Origin: a virus
Direction: 5' to 3' (one strand)
IMG/VR virus record: IMGVR_UViG_3300030110_004856
Location: 1-64,000 of that record
Length of the DNA stretch: 64,000 nucleotides
Part shown: positions 54,848 through 63,683 of the stretch, piece by piece
Numbering within the stretch: the stretch's first letter is position 1
How the letters are laid out: each line of letters opens with the position of its first letter
The notes under the pieces: model-generated
What the model was told of the DNA's origin: nothing
Seen by the model: the letters and a program-made list of their open reading frames with translations, nothing else
Databases searched by the model: none
Made by a program: the position numbers and the translations under genes

Positions 54848-54880
54848 AAGGCTCTGTTTAGTTGACGCAGAGCCTTTTTT
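54848..54880 (+). terminator. intrinsic terminator between convergent genes
   Basis: AAGGCTCTG-N11-CAGAGCCTT-TTTT. Confidence 0.85.
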
Positions 54881-55125
54881 CATGTCTCGCGTTTTTCGAA
54901 GAGCGACGACATGGGAGGCAGGTCATAACCACGGGAGATGCAGTAAGCCACGAGCTTTTTAAACATCTCAGTTTTCACTAGGTAGTTTGTATGTACAATT
55001 CCAAGTATCTCCGTCAACTCCTTCTTGTCGAGACTCTTACAGCTGTGTAATACCCTACGGTGATGGAATTCCTGCTCCATTGTTAAGTAACCTTGAATCC
55101 TTCCGAGTATTTCGTTTTCGTTCAT
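54880..55125 (-). CDS. nblA: NblA-like phycobilisome degradation protein (copy 2)
   Basis: LTMEQEF...SLDKKEL.EIL......LVK.EMFKKLV matches NblA pattern. Confidence 0.7.
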   Translation of the reverse strand: MNENEILGRIQGYLTMEQEFHHRRVLHSCKSLDKKELTEILGIVHTNYLVKTEMFKKLVAYCISRGYDLPPMSSLFEKRET

Positions 55126-55648
55126 GTTTTACAAGATCCCTGAATTAGTTTTCTCTCCTCTAGCTGCCAAGAACATTGTCCTTGGCCGAGTGCTGGTGAT
55201 CAACGACCAGGAGCAGCTACTAGAGAAGCAGGTAAGCAGAGAAGGTTGCGAAGTTTACTCCTGCACATTAGACGATTTGGCAGATAGCGATAGCTGGAAA
55301 ACCCTACCTAGAATCGACTGGATGATTTGTGTGACACAAGGGCTAGGTAAAAAAGCAGAGTGGGTAATGGATGCAGCCATGAGTATGCCCGAAAAAGGCT
55401 TCTGTTTACTAGATCGCATCAGCTTTCTTGAGCCCACACGCTCGCGAGAGGTGTTACTAAAGTCTCATTCCCTAAGAAATTTGATTGTTCTTTCGCCACG
55501 TCCTGCGTTCCGTGCTGATAACAAACAAGCAAAAGACTCAGTGACATCAGCGTGGTTTGTATTCTCCACTGACTCAACGCACAAAAAGAACACAGAAATA
55601 GATTTTGCACTAAACTGGCAGCGACCTCAGGCTGTATGTAGTGGCTAG
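55124..55648 (+). CDS. DNA methyltransferase homologue, motifs I and IV degenerate
   Basis: LL.RISFLEPT..R, PRP.F, DSVT.AWFV of small phage MTases; DW.ITNPP replaced by DWMICVTQ. Confidence 0.65.
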   Translation: MFYKIPELVFSPLAAKNIVLGRVLVINDQEQLLEKQVSREGCEVYSCTLDDLADSDSWKTLPRIDWMICVTQGLGKKAEWVMDAAMSMPEKGFCLLDRISFLEPTRSREVLLKSHSLRNLIVLSPRPAFRADNKQAKDSVTSAWFVFSTDSTHKKNTEIDFALNWQRPQAVCSG

Positions 55649-55949
55649 TGATATCAAAGAGCTTTTATCTAAACTCATCGACATACAAATCGAGCAAAGC
55701 AGCAAACTCGACAAAATTGCTGCACTTCTTTTAAGCGATCAGCTACTAACTGAGTGCATTGATCAAAACGGTAAAGGTAGAGACGCAGATACTGCAGGAG
55801 AAATAGTTGCTGAGTCTTTCTCCGCAGGACTCTGTCTGCTAGGTGAGCTAGAAAACAGAAACAAGCAGTATCTTTACCAAATGCAGGAATTTTTTCTGGA
55901 CAACGACAGCAGTTCAGTAGGCAACGACGACCTAGCTAATCCTTTCTGA
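55641..55949 (+). CDS. hypothetical acidic protein
   Basis: coupled ORF. Confidence 0.7.
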   Translation: MASDIKELLSKLIDIQIEQSSKLDKIAALLLSDQLLTECIDQNGKGRDADTAGEIVAESFSAGLCLLGELENRNKQYLYQMQEFFLDNDSSSVGNDDLANPF

Positions 55950-55957
55950 GCACCCCT

Positions 55958-56740
55958 GTGAGTGATACAAGAGTAACTATTAATGGCCTTAGGCACTACG
56001 TTTGCGGTGGTGTTCCTAAACCTCTACCTAGCGTCACTTCAATTCTGTCAGCTACACAATCAGAAGAACAGCAGAGAAAGCTAGCTTACTGGAACAAAAT
56101 GAATCCAGGAGTAGCCGACTCTGCCGCCACAAGGGGGACCTGGATACACAATGCAGTAGAAAACCACATCACTGGTTTAAAGGTAGTTCCTCCTAATGAC
56201 TACTTCCCTTACTGGCAAGGCATGCCAGAAAGAATCGACTCTTTGCTCGAAGGGGGAAAAGTCTTGTGGTCTGAGCGTCCCTACCAACAACCACGGTGGA
56301 ACAAATACGTTGGTGATGACGGAGTAGGGCGTATCTTTTATTACGACACCAAGCGTCAGCAAGGTTACGCAGGCTGCTGCGATCTCATCTACGAAGACGC
56401 AAACGGTGAAATTATCCTCGCGGACTTTAAAACATCCAACGGACCCTACGCTGCCAAGTTCCCACCAAAGGACGCAGACATAGATATGAAAACCAGAAAA
56501 GCTTTAATTTCAGGTGCGTTCAAGGCTAAGAAGACACGTCTGCAACTAGCTGCGTACAAACTCGCAGCAGAGGAGTGCCTTGACATCAAGATCTCTAAAA
56601 CGCAAATAATTGTTACCACTGCTGTAGAGCAGTTCAGTACTCAAGTATTCACTTTTGGTGAAAAAATGGTGGAAAAAGACGAAAAGAAGTGGATGGAATT
56701 AGTTGGGCAATATTATGATATGCAGGCAGCGAGCGCTTAA
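55958..56740 (+). CDS. PD-(D/E)XK exonuclease
   Basis: LPSVTSIL, RGT..H..VE, SE, YAG.CD, DFKTS, QLAAY. Confidence 0.92.
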   Translation: MSDTRVTINGLRHYVCGGVPKPLPSVTSILSATQSEEQQRKLAYWNKMNPGVADSAATRGTWIHNAVENHITGLKVVPPNDYFPYWQGMPERIDSLLEGGKVLWSERPYQQPRWNKYVGDDGVGRIFYYDTKRQQGYAGCCDLIYEDANGEIILADFKTSNGPYAAKFPPKDADIDMKTRKALISGAFKAKKTRLQLAAYKLAAEECLDIKISKTQIIVTTAVEQFSTQVFTFGEKMVEKDEKKWMELVGQYYDMQAASA

Positions 56741-56774
56741 GCTAGCGAAAAGCTACAGCTCACCGTTGCACCCC

Positions 56775-56803
56775 TTGCGTACATTCCGCACAGGAATCAT
56801 AAT
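56775..56803 (+). promoter_or_regulatory. sigma70-like promoter of primase-helicase
   Basis: TTGCGT-N17-CATAAT. Confidence 0.55.
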
Positions 56804-56824
56804 AGCAGACCAAGCTGACATCAA

Positions 56825-59563
56825 ATGAAATTCTCATGCTCCGTCAACACTGTAGTCGCAAACTATGTCGACAATGAGACAGGTAAGATTCTACAGGGAG
56901 GCAACTTCCAGGCGTTCAATGAGAACTGGGAAGCTGTAGAAGTCGACTCTTTTGAGATTTCAGAATACGTTGCTCTAAAAGCTGGTCTTTGTGCGTGGCA
57001 ATTACAAGATGGTAAGAGAGAGTCAAAGAACACAGGGCTAATACAAGCCGGTCTTATTATCGTTGACATCGATAATCAGGCAGACAAAAAAGGACCTAAT
57101 GGAGAGAAAATTCAGCAGCAAGAACTTACATATGCTGAAGCTCTCGATTTACCTGTATGCCAGAAGTATCTCAGCTTTGCTTATGACTCACCTTCTGGGA
57201 CAGAGAACTGGCCAAGATTCAGACTCGTCTTCGGTTTAGAAAAACAAATCCGAGACCCCAAGTTCTACCAGTGGTTCTCAAAAACAATTGGTAAGCAAAT
57301 TCCTGGATCAGACTTCAGAGCTTTTTCAGTTCCTCACCTGTTCTACGGAGCCCACGGGGTTGAAGGGATCCTAACAGTCACAGACAAATTCATACCTTCT
57401 GCTGTCATCGACGAGGCTTATAAAAAATACGCTGCTATAGCACAAGAAGAGGAGCAGGAAGACGATAGTGACGGTCACACAATTCTTTCTAGAAACAACA
57501 CCAGCCCTGACGGTCTCGATCTAACGAAGCTCTGCTCTCAGTTAGTGAGAAACGTCCTTGAAGGAAACGAGGTCGACGACCGTAGCGCCACCATGGCCAA
57601 CGTGTTCAAGGAACTCATAGGTTGGTGCAACTGGCTTGATAAGCATAGTTTGTCAAGCAGTGTATCTGGGTTGACAGTTGCGCAAGAAGCGTTTTACAAT
57701 ATCTACAGCTACCCACACGACCTCGACGGTAAGTTTCGTCGGATCCTCGATTCGATTCGAAACGCACCTGACCTTCTACCAGCGATCTCCTTGGCTTCCG
57801 AGTTGGGAGTCGTAGCTTGCTGGAAAAAGGTAGCTCTCCTCGACCACGCTCTGTTCGAGAAGCTTGCTCCTAAAGAAGACCAGCAAAAACTCGCCGAAAG
57901 GCGACCTGGGCCTTCTAACAACATCCTCTCTCTAGACGACTACGTCCTAGAGAACACATCAAAACCTATGACAAGCATCAAAGAACCCACTCAGAAGATC
58001 GACCTGCCGGACGCAGGTGGCGACAAAGCAGCATTTGCTGAGAACGATGTAGCCAATGCAATCAGCAACACCTTTGGTCATAACTTTGTGTATGACAGTG
58101 TCCAAGACCGCTTCTACACCTATGACGAAGAGATGGGTGTGTGGTACTCCATGGACGAGCAGCACATCAAACAGAAAATCTGTTCTGCTCTGGATACCTT
58201 TGTTAAAGCGACTCTGATTGCCAAATACACTGCTACCACTATTGACTCGATTTTTAAAATCCTTAAAGGCAAGTTCTTGAAGTCTCTAGACAACGGACGC
58301 AAGTCCATCTGGAGCACAGCTCAAGGTTATATCCCTTTCAAGAACGGTGTCTATGACACCAAAGCAATGAAGTTCCAGGAAGGACTTCATAAAGACTTGT
58401 TTATCCGAGCAAAACTAGGGTTTGATTATGACGCTCAGGCTACTTGCCCTCAGTTTCTTAACTGGCTTGAGACATCTCTTCGGAAAAAGCAGTCTGTATT
58501 GATTCAAGCTTACGCTCGTGCCCTGCTGACTGGGTACACTTCCGGCGAACGTTTCCTGCACTTAGTTGGTCCTGGTGGTACTGGTAAGTCAACGATGCAG
58601 CAATTGATGATTGCTCTTGCTGGCTTTACTTCCACCCACACGTCGTCCTTGGAGATTATCGAAACCAACAAGTTCGAAACGTACAACTTGATGGGAAAGA
58701 AACTGCTCCTGCTCACTGACGAGTCCAACTACAACAAACGTATGGACGTTCTAAAGAAACTTACTTCGGCGTCTGACACCCTTCGTGCTGAGCGCAAGTA
58801 CGGCAAAGAAACCATCAGCTTTAAACCTGAACTGTTGGTGTGTATTGCATCTAATGAGCACATCTCTTCTAACGACTCCAGCTCTGGTCTTGAACGTCGT
58901 CGCTTGACCATCGTTATGGACAAAGTAGTCCCTGCGAGCAGCAGACGCCAGCTTCTAGATGTCTACGAAGATCGTATTGAGGGTGCTTTTGTGCCTGAGA
59001 TGAGCGGCATCGTGGCGTGGGCATTGTCGATGAGTTTTGACAAAATGCGCGATGTGCTTTCGAATCCCGTTAAGCATGTGCCTTCGCTCGCTGTCAGTAA
59101 CCTCGAAGCACTGAAGATCAACAACCCTTACGTGTCGTGGCTTGATGAGTGTTGTCTCTACTCCCCCAATACAACCACTCCGATTGGTAAAGGTGCTTTC
59201 AAAGCTTCAGCAGACGAGCAGGAGAGAGGACTAATCGTCAAAGATGCATACAGTGAACTATATGCAAGCTACGTGCAGTACTCACGTGCATGTCAATACA
59301 GACCTTGCAATAAGCCAAACTTTACGGGACGTATAAAGGAGACTTTGCAAAATATCCTTAAACTCCCAGCTTGTGGCAATATAGTGCAGAAGAATGGAGG
59401 CTTTGCCGTCCAAGGTTTACGACTCAAAAAGTATGACGTAACATCCGATCGAGCTTCTGTAGGTGACACAAGGCTTCCCACGCCTGTCGAGTTTGCGGAA
59501 GACCCTGATTTCAACAAGTGGGACAAAGCATTTAAAAAGCATGATTCAGTTCAAAGCAGTTGA
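56825..59563 (+). CDS. primase-helicase (AEP-like primase, D5_N, SF3 helicase)
   Basis: IVDID, SPS...PRFRLVF; IPFKNG; GPGGTGKST; DE; ASN; RR. Confidence 0.93.
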   Translation: MKFSCSVNTVVANYVDNETGKILQGGNFQAFNENWEAVEVDSFEISEYVALKAGLCAWQLQDGKRESKNTGLIQAGLIIVDIDNQADKKGPNGEKIQQQELTYAEALDLPVCQKYLSFAYDSPSGTENWPRFRLVFGLEKQIRDPKFYQWFSKTIGKQIPGSDFRAFSVPHLFYGAHGVEGILTVTDKFIPSAVIDEAYKKYAAIAQEEEQEDDSDGHTILSRNNTSPDGLDLTKLCSQLVRNVLEGNEVDDRSATMANVFKELIGWCNWLDKHSLSSSVSGLTVAQEAFYNIYSYPHDLDGKFRRILDSIRNAPDLLPAISLASELGVVACWKKVALLDHALFEKLAPKEDQQKLAERRPGPSNNILSLDDYVLENTSKPMTSIKEPTQKIDLPDAGGDKAAFAENDVANAISNTFGHNFVYDSVQDRFYTYDEEMGVWYSMDEQHIKQKICSALDTFVKATLIAKYTATTIDSIFKILKGKFLKSLDNGRKSIWSTAQGYIPFKNGVYDTKAMKFQEGLHKDLFIRAKLGFDYDAQATCPQFLNWLETSLRKKQSVLIQAYARALLTGYTSGERFLHLVGPGGTGKSTMQQLMIALAGFTSTHTSSLEIIETNKFETYNLMGKKLLLLTDESNYNKRMDVLKKLTSASDTLRAERKYGKETISFKPELLVCIASNEHISSNDSSSGLERRRLTIVMDKVVPASSRRQLLDVYEDRIEGAFVPEMSGIVAWALSMSFDKMRDVLSNPVKHVPSLAVSNLEALKINNPYVSWLDECCLYSPNTTTPIGKGAFKASADEQERGLIVKDAYSELYASYVQYSRACQYRPCNKPNFTGRIKETLQNILKLPACGNIVQKNGGFAVQGLRLKKYDVTSDRASVGDTRLPTPVEFAEDPDFNKWDKAFKKHDSVQSS

Positions 59564-60113
59564 CGTAGCTCTAATCATCGGAGGTGCAATCGGAGTTGCC
59601 ACCACCATGGTTAATCCTGTTTATACCGGAGCCTCTCTCGCGTTTATGGGAGGACTACTTGGGGGTGCTTCTCTCCAAGAGCAACGATCTGTCAAGAAGG
59701 AAAAAACGGATAAGGAAGCTGAGAGAGTAGGAGTAACCTTCGCCACTCTCTACGACAAAAACCGAGGGCTAGTAGATCCGGTTGAGCTTTCCTTCTTGGC
59801 TAACTGTCCTCTTAACCATGCTCACGATTTTTTAAACGTCATTGCTGAAGAGTCAAATGGACAAAAAATCGCTACTAAACAGGGAGTTGGAGTGGTGTTC
59901 AACTTTCCCCACGCTCAAAATGCCTTAGACGATCTTTCTAAAAACGCATCAAACTGGGCTCAAGCACAGACCAAACAACTGCAGCAAGACTTGGATCAGC
60001 ACAAAAGAGCGATCCAAATGATTCAGGCTCAGCAAGCAGCGGCTGCAATGCAACCAAAACCGACAGAACTCGAAAAGCCCGACCCTTGGAACGGAGTAGC
60101 ACCTGGGCTCTAA
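59541..60113 (+). CDS. membrane protein with coiled coil
   Basis: two N-terminal TM helices from ATG 59541. Confidence 0.7.
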   Translation: MIQFKAVDVALIIGGAIGVATTMVNPVYTGASLAFMGGLLGGASLQEQRSVKKEKTDKEAERVGVTFATLYDKNRGLVDPVELSFLANCPLNHAHDFLNVIAEESNGQKIATKQGVGVVFNFPHAQNALDDLSKNASNWAQAQTKQLQQDLDQHKRAIQMIQAQQAAAAMQPKPTELEKPDPWNGVAPGL

Positions 60114-60404
60114 TCAGTAACGAAACTCGTAGCTGTAAGGTCCAGTTTTTTCTCTCTCGACAATCTGGTCTACACCCATATCATATCCAGGGTACATCTG
60201 TAACCCACCACGGTCGTATTCCATGTTTCTGCGCAGCTCTAGAGTCCTAGCTCGCTGAGGTGACAGTGAGTATGGGTCTCCCATAAAGTCAACTACTGCC
60301 TCTCCATACCTTGGGTCACCAACTGGATAGGTTGGGTTAACGTATCCCTCTTTGACTAGGTTTTTCTCAGCAATAAAATTCTCTAGAAAATCGAGAATGT
60401 TCAC
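60114..60404 (-). CDS. hypothetical protein
   Basis: upstream TAGAAT box; N-terminus MNILDFLENFIAE. Confidence 0.65.
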   Translation of the reverse strand: MNILDFLENFIAEKNLVKEGYVNPTYPVGDPRYGEAVVDFMGDPYSLSPQRARTLELRRNMEYDRGGLQMYPGYDMGVDQIVEREKTGPYSYEFRY

Positions 60405-60458
60405 AACGTCAGAGCATTTATTTAATTCTATAGTAACTACACACGACTAGATATTCTG

Positions 60459-60626
60459 ATGCTGCGAATCAGAATGGCAGGTGGAGTTAGGCTCCCCGAC
60501 AAGATGGATCCTCGGTTACTCAAAGCAGCCGAGGAAGCTATACCTAGTAGTCCCAACGTCACAATGTACGAAGGGATTTCCAACCTCGTAGGCTTGACTC
60601 CTCGACTTCCATCAACGCTTCAGTAA
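60459..60626 (+). CDS. 55-aa protein with RMAG motif (not in ORF track)
   Basis: MLRIRMAGGVRLPDKMDPRLLKAAEE...; TATAGT box at 60429; overlaps thyX 3' end. Confidence 0.45.
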   Translation: MLRIRMAGGVRLPDKMDPRLLKAAEEAIPSSPNVTMYEGISNLVGLTPRLPSTLQ

Positions 60627-61248
60627 TTGTCGGCAGGAGCTTTTGTAGCTGTCTCCCAATAGAAAGAGCAATTTTTCTATGTTCCAGCTGAGTATCACCC
60701 TGGCCACGCAAGCCAACGTAATGCACAAAAGTGCGAATGGGGGCAGCCATGTGGAGTCTGCTCGGCGTGTACAACGGGAGGATATTTCGAGCACACTCAC
60801 GGGCAACACCTGCATCGAGCATATCTTCGTACAGGTTTCGCGCAGTTTTATCTAGCAGTTGGATCTGTTTACGAAACTGAGTTTGAATCTCGTATGGGAT
60901 TTCTACTGAACTGCTTTGACGATTGGAGGTTGCTTGCTGACGAATAGAAAAGTCAGTCGCATCGATCTCTAGCTCCTCTAATACTTCCCACGGGTTCGAG
61001 TACCGCTGAGAAAGTTCCTGAAAATTAGCTGTCTTATGACGAAGGATCTGTGGGGAGATCGCCCTGGTGGTCAGGATCTCGAAGCTGGCACTGGCTTGCT
61101 CGAACACCGACCAATGACCGTGCTTGATGCAAAAACTAATTAGCTTTTTAAACTCAGCTCGATCAGGGTTTTTCGTCGACACCCTTGCATGACGAGCAAT
61201 AACTTCCTCAGCACGAGGAGTAATCCAATCGAGTTCAGCAGTATGCAC
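60559..61248 (-). CDS. thyX: flavin-dependent thymidylate synthase
   Basis: GHWSVFE, QILRHKTANFQELSQRY, ECAR.ILP, TQ.EH. Confidence 0.96.
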   Translation of the reverse strand: MHTAELDWITPRAEEVIARHARVSTKNPDRAEFKKLISFCIKHGHWSVFEQASASFEILTTRAISPQILRHKTANFQELSQRYSNPWEVLEELEIDATDFSIRQQATSNRQSSSVEIPYEIQTQFRKQIQLLDKTARNLYEDMLDAGVARECARNILPLYTPSRLHMAAPIRTFVHYVGLRGQGDTQLEHRKIALSIGRQLQKLLPTITEALMEVEESSLRGWKSLRTL

Positions 61249-61277
61249 TTAGCGCCAAGATAATGGCACTCAGCATA

Positions 61278-61436
61278 CTAGGTCCGTGGAAAAGCTTCCT
61301 GATACCGGAGTCTTTTTGTGATCTCACTTGGGTTGGAGACCATACGAATCACTTCGGAAGGTCCCAGCCCGATCTGCATTCCTGCCATGCGAACGCCAGA
61401 ACCTGGCATTTGCTCACTGCGGAGACGACTATTCAC
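61278..61436 (-). CDS. 52-aa protein with EQMPG..RMAG motif (not in ORF track)
   Basis: GAGGAG SD, GTG start; MNSRLRSEQMPGSGVRMAGMQIGLGPSEVIRMVSNPSEITKRLRYQEAFPRT. Confidence 0.7.
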   Translation of the reverse strand: MNSRLRSEQMPGSGVRMAGMQIGLGPSEVIRMVSNPSEITKRLRYQEAFPRT

Positions 61437-61950
61437 CTTTTTTCTCCTCAGGAACCGCGCCTGGCATGTAGAGATTGTCAGGCATGTTGTAGTTAATCAA
61501 TGGATATGTAGAAGGATTCTGATCGTTAAAGAAGTTCTGCTGAGGTACAGAAGTAGCCATAGCAACCTCTTGACGCAGAGCAGGATTCAAATTATTAGCT
61601 TCTGCAATCAGATACTGTTGGTGACTCAAGTCAGCCGCTTTTCCAGGCATAATCATCTTGCCTGCTTGGTTGTACCCTGCAACGCCCACGGGCTCTTGAC
61701 TTGGCATAATGTTGCCCAGCTGGTAGTTAGTAGTCCCTACTGCTGGGCGCTGGTACTTTCCCGTGTCTACCTCGTACTGAGTAATAACACGATTAATGTT
61801 GTCCAAACCTCGCAAGCCTGTGACGGCTGTATTAGAGGAGTGGTACATGGCAGGCGGAGGAGGTAACTGTGTAGTTACAGCTGCCATCCCTCCTAAAGGA
61901 GTCATCTTTGGCAGTGGTCCGTTCCCGCCTGGGCGTTGTAGATAAGCCAT
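61429..61950 (-). CDS. low-complexity hypothetical protein
   Basis: 173 aa Pro/Gln/Asn-rich. Confidence 0.7.
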   Translation of the reverse strand: MAYLQRPGGNGPLPKMTPLGGMAAVTTQLPPPPAMYHSSNTAVTGLRGLDNINRVITQYEVDTGKYQRPAVGTTNYQLGNIMPSQEPVGVAGYNQAGKMIMPGKAADLSHQQYLIAEANNLNPALRQEVAMATSVPQQNFFNDQNPSTYPLINYNMPDNLYMPGAVPEEKKGE

Positions 61951-61958
61951 GACTTACT

Positions 61959-62201
61959 TTAACTCCTTTTAGGTTGTTTTTTAAGGTTGGTTTTAGCGGC
62001 GACTACCCGAAGATTTTTAGAGCTGTTGTTCTCCGCGTTGTAGTCCTTGTGATCAACGTGCTTTCCGTCGTGTTTACGTACTCGACCACTCTTCTCAAGA
62101 TGTCGACGTGCCTTATTACGAGCTGCACGACGCTTTCTTTGCTCTGGAGTGCCATGGTACGAATCGTATTCTTTTCTATAATCGCGGTCAGATCTACTCA
62201 A
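61959..62201 (-). CDS. small basic HNH protein
   Basis: RDYRKEY...RAARNKARR...VDHKD.N..NN...NLRV. Confidence 0.85.
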   Translation of the reverse strand: MSRSDRDYRKEYDSYHGTPEQRKRRAARNKARRHLEKSGRVRKHDGKHVDHKDYNAENNSSKNLRVVAAKTNLKKQPKRS

Positions 62202-62225
62202 CGTGCGATTATTAACGCTACCTAA

Positions 62226-62414
62226 TTATACTCGGTCCGCAAAGAATGCCTCACGTGCTTCTCTCCCAAAGCCCTCATTTTCTTTGTCCCATTCTGCCCA
62301 CAGCCCGGTCAACAGACCGTTAGTGCGACCACTGCGCTCATAGAGAAACTGCATGAACTCAGCTTTCTGGTTTTCCAGAGGACAATCCCAGTCCTTGAGG
62401 TAGTCGGTATTCAT
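62226..62414 (-). CDS. small hypothetical protein
   Basis: FM..LY.RSGR.NG..TGLW motif. Confidence 0.65.
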   Translation of the reverse strand: MNTDYLKDWDCPLENQKAEFMQFLYERSGRTNGLLTGLWAEWDKENEGFGREAREAFFADRV

Positions 62415-62438
62415 GGCATCAAAGTGAAGGGACTCACT

Positions 62439-63674
62439 CTAGGGGTGTTCTGCCACAATGCCCCATCCGTCATGGGCAGATGAAATAGTCCATCTCTTTC
62501 CGAGTTTTTCTTTGTTGTACAGCTGGTTGGCACCATTCGCAGAAAGGTAAACCCCTGTGTCCAGATCGAGGGATCCGAATGGGTCGTGGCAGATAATATT
62601 CTTTCCGTCCGGGCTAATTCCTTTTGCAAGGATCCAGTGCCCTCCTCCACTGGGGGAATCCAACAAGCCTCTATGCAGAATCCCAAGGGGGCAAGGAATA
62701 GAGTTGCGCAGCAAGTTCTCGACATCCTCCCAACCCATGTCCTGCCTGAACTCGGCTTCAACTCCATAAGAAGAGAGTGCTTTAACTTGCACCCACGCTT
62801 CTGTAGTGTCTCCAATCGAGAAAACAGTTTTGATGTAATCATCGTCATTACTAATTATTCCTGGTTTTAAGTAGTTCAATAACATCGCACAAGAAGAAGA
62901 ATAACAGGTGCGATCAGAGTCCCTGTAATTATCTCGCTGTGAATAGTATTTAACATCCAGATCTATACCAGATCCCTTGTTCTGTGTGACTGCACCGGGT
63001 GGAACATCATTAATTACCTTCCAATGTTCGCCCCAGATATACCAATTCTTTTGGTCAGCAGTTAGACGCACTCGTTGGTGAGTTTTACCAGCAAACATCG
63101 TCAACTCATTCCACTCCCACGCAGATCCTTTAGGTACGAAGACTTTCTCTTCGGGCAGCAAAGAGGAAGAGTCAGCCATTCTCTTCTTTAGATACGTATC
63201 TTGCTTGGCATAAATGGACTGCCCCAACTTCGGATGTTTAATCTTTTCAAGAAAAAGATCTTTCTCAGCTTGACGACGTGTCACTAAACCAGGGAGTGGT
63301 TGCCCGTCGGCTCCCTTCACCCATCGACCGAACTGCTCAGCAACTACTTTCTTATCCTGCCCTTCGTTCAACAAACGACGAAGAGTGGAGTCTTTATATG
63401 CACCACAGCCTACGTTAAAAGCAAAGGATACGAGTGCATCAAACTCGTTTTGATTAACTTTTACGTTTGTGTATGTCGAAACACATTGCTCAAAACTTTC
63501 TACATCGTGCTTAAGGAACTCATCTGCTTGCTCCTCAGTAATAGTCATCCCTAGTTTGACACCATGAGTATGCCCATACCCCACAGTGGCGACTGAACTG
63601 GGGCACATATAGCTCTCAAGTCTTAACCCTTCAAACTTCTTAATTACGGCTAGTCCGTTGTCAGAGATTTTCAC
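62439..63674 (-). CDS. endolysin: GH24 lysozyme plus C39-like cysteine peptidase
   Basis: IKKFEGLRL..Y......TVGYGHT, FDALVSFAFNVG, GLV.RR..E; YYSQRDN...C..SSCAM, GGGHW, HDP. Confidence 0.93.
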   Translation of the reverse strand: MKISDNGLAVIKKFEGLRLESYMCPSSVATVGYGHTHGVKLGMTITEEQADEFLKHDVESFEQCVSTYTNVKVNQNEFDALVSFAFNVGCGAYKDSTLRRLLNEGQDKKVVAEQFGRWVKGADGQPLPGLVTRRQAEKDLFLEKIKHPKLGQSIYAKQDTYLKKRMADSSSLLPEEKVFVPKGSAWEWNELTMFAGKTHQRVRLTADQKNWYIWGEHWKVINDVPPGAVTQNKGSGIDLDVKYYSQRDNYRDSDRTCYSSSCAMLLNYLKPGIISNDDDYIKTVFSIGDTTEAWVQVKALSSYGVEAEFRQDMGWEDVENLLRNSIPCPLGILHRGLLDSPSGGGHWILAKGISPDGKNIICHDPFGSLDLDTGVYLSANGANQLYNKEKLGKRWTISSAHDGWGIVAEHP

Positions 63675-63683
63675 AACACTGCA

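Noticed and set aside
54005-54883. 292-aa minus-strand ORF
   Set aside because: Antisense shadow of the codon-biased gene 53942..54763; no motifs
55958-56740. Cas4/CRISPR adaptation gene
   Set aside because: No 4-Cys cluster or array; ordinary phage PD-(D/E)XK exonuclease
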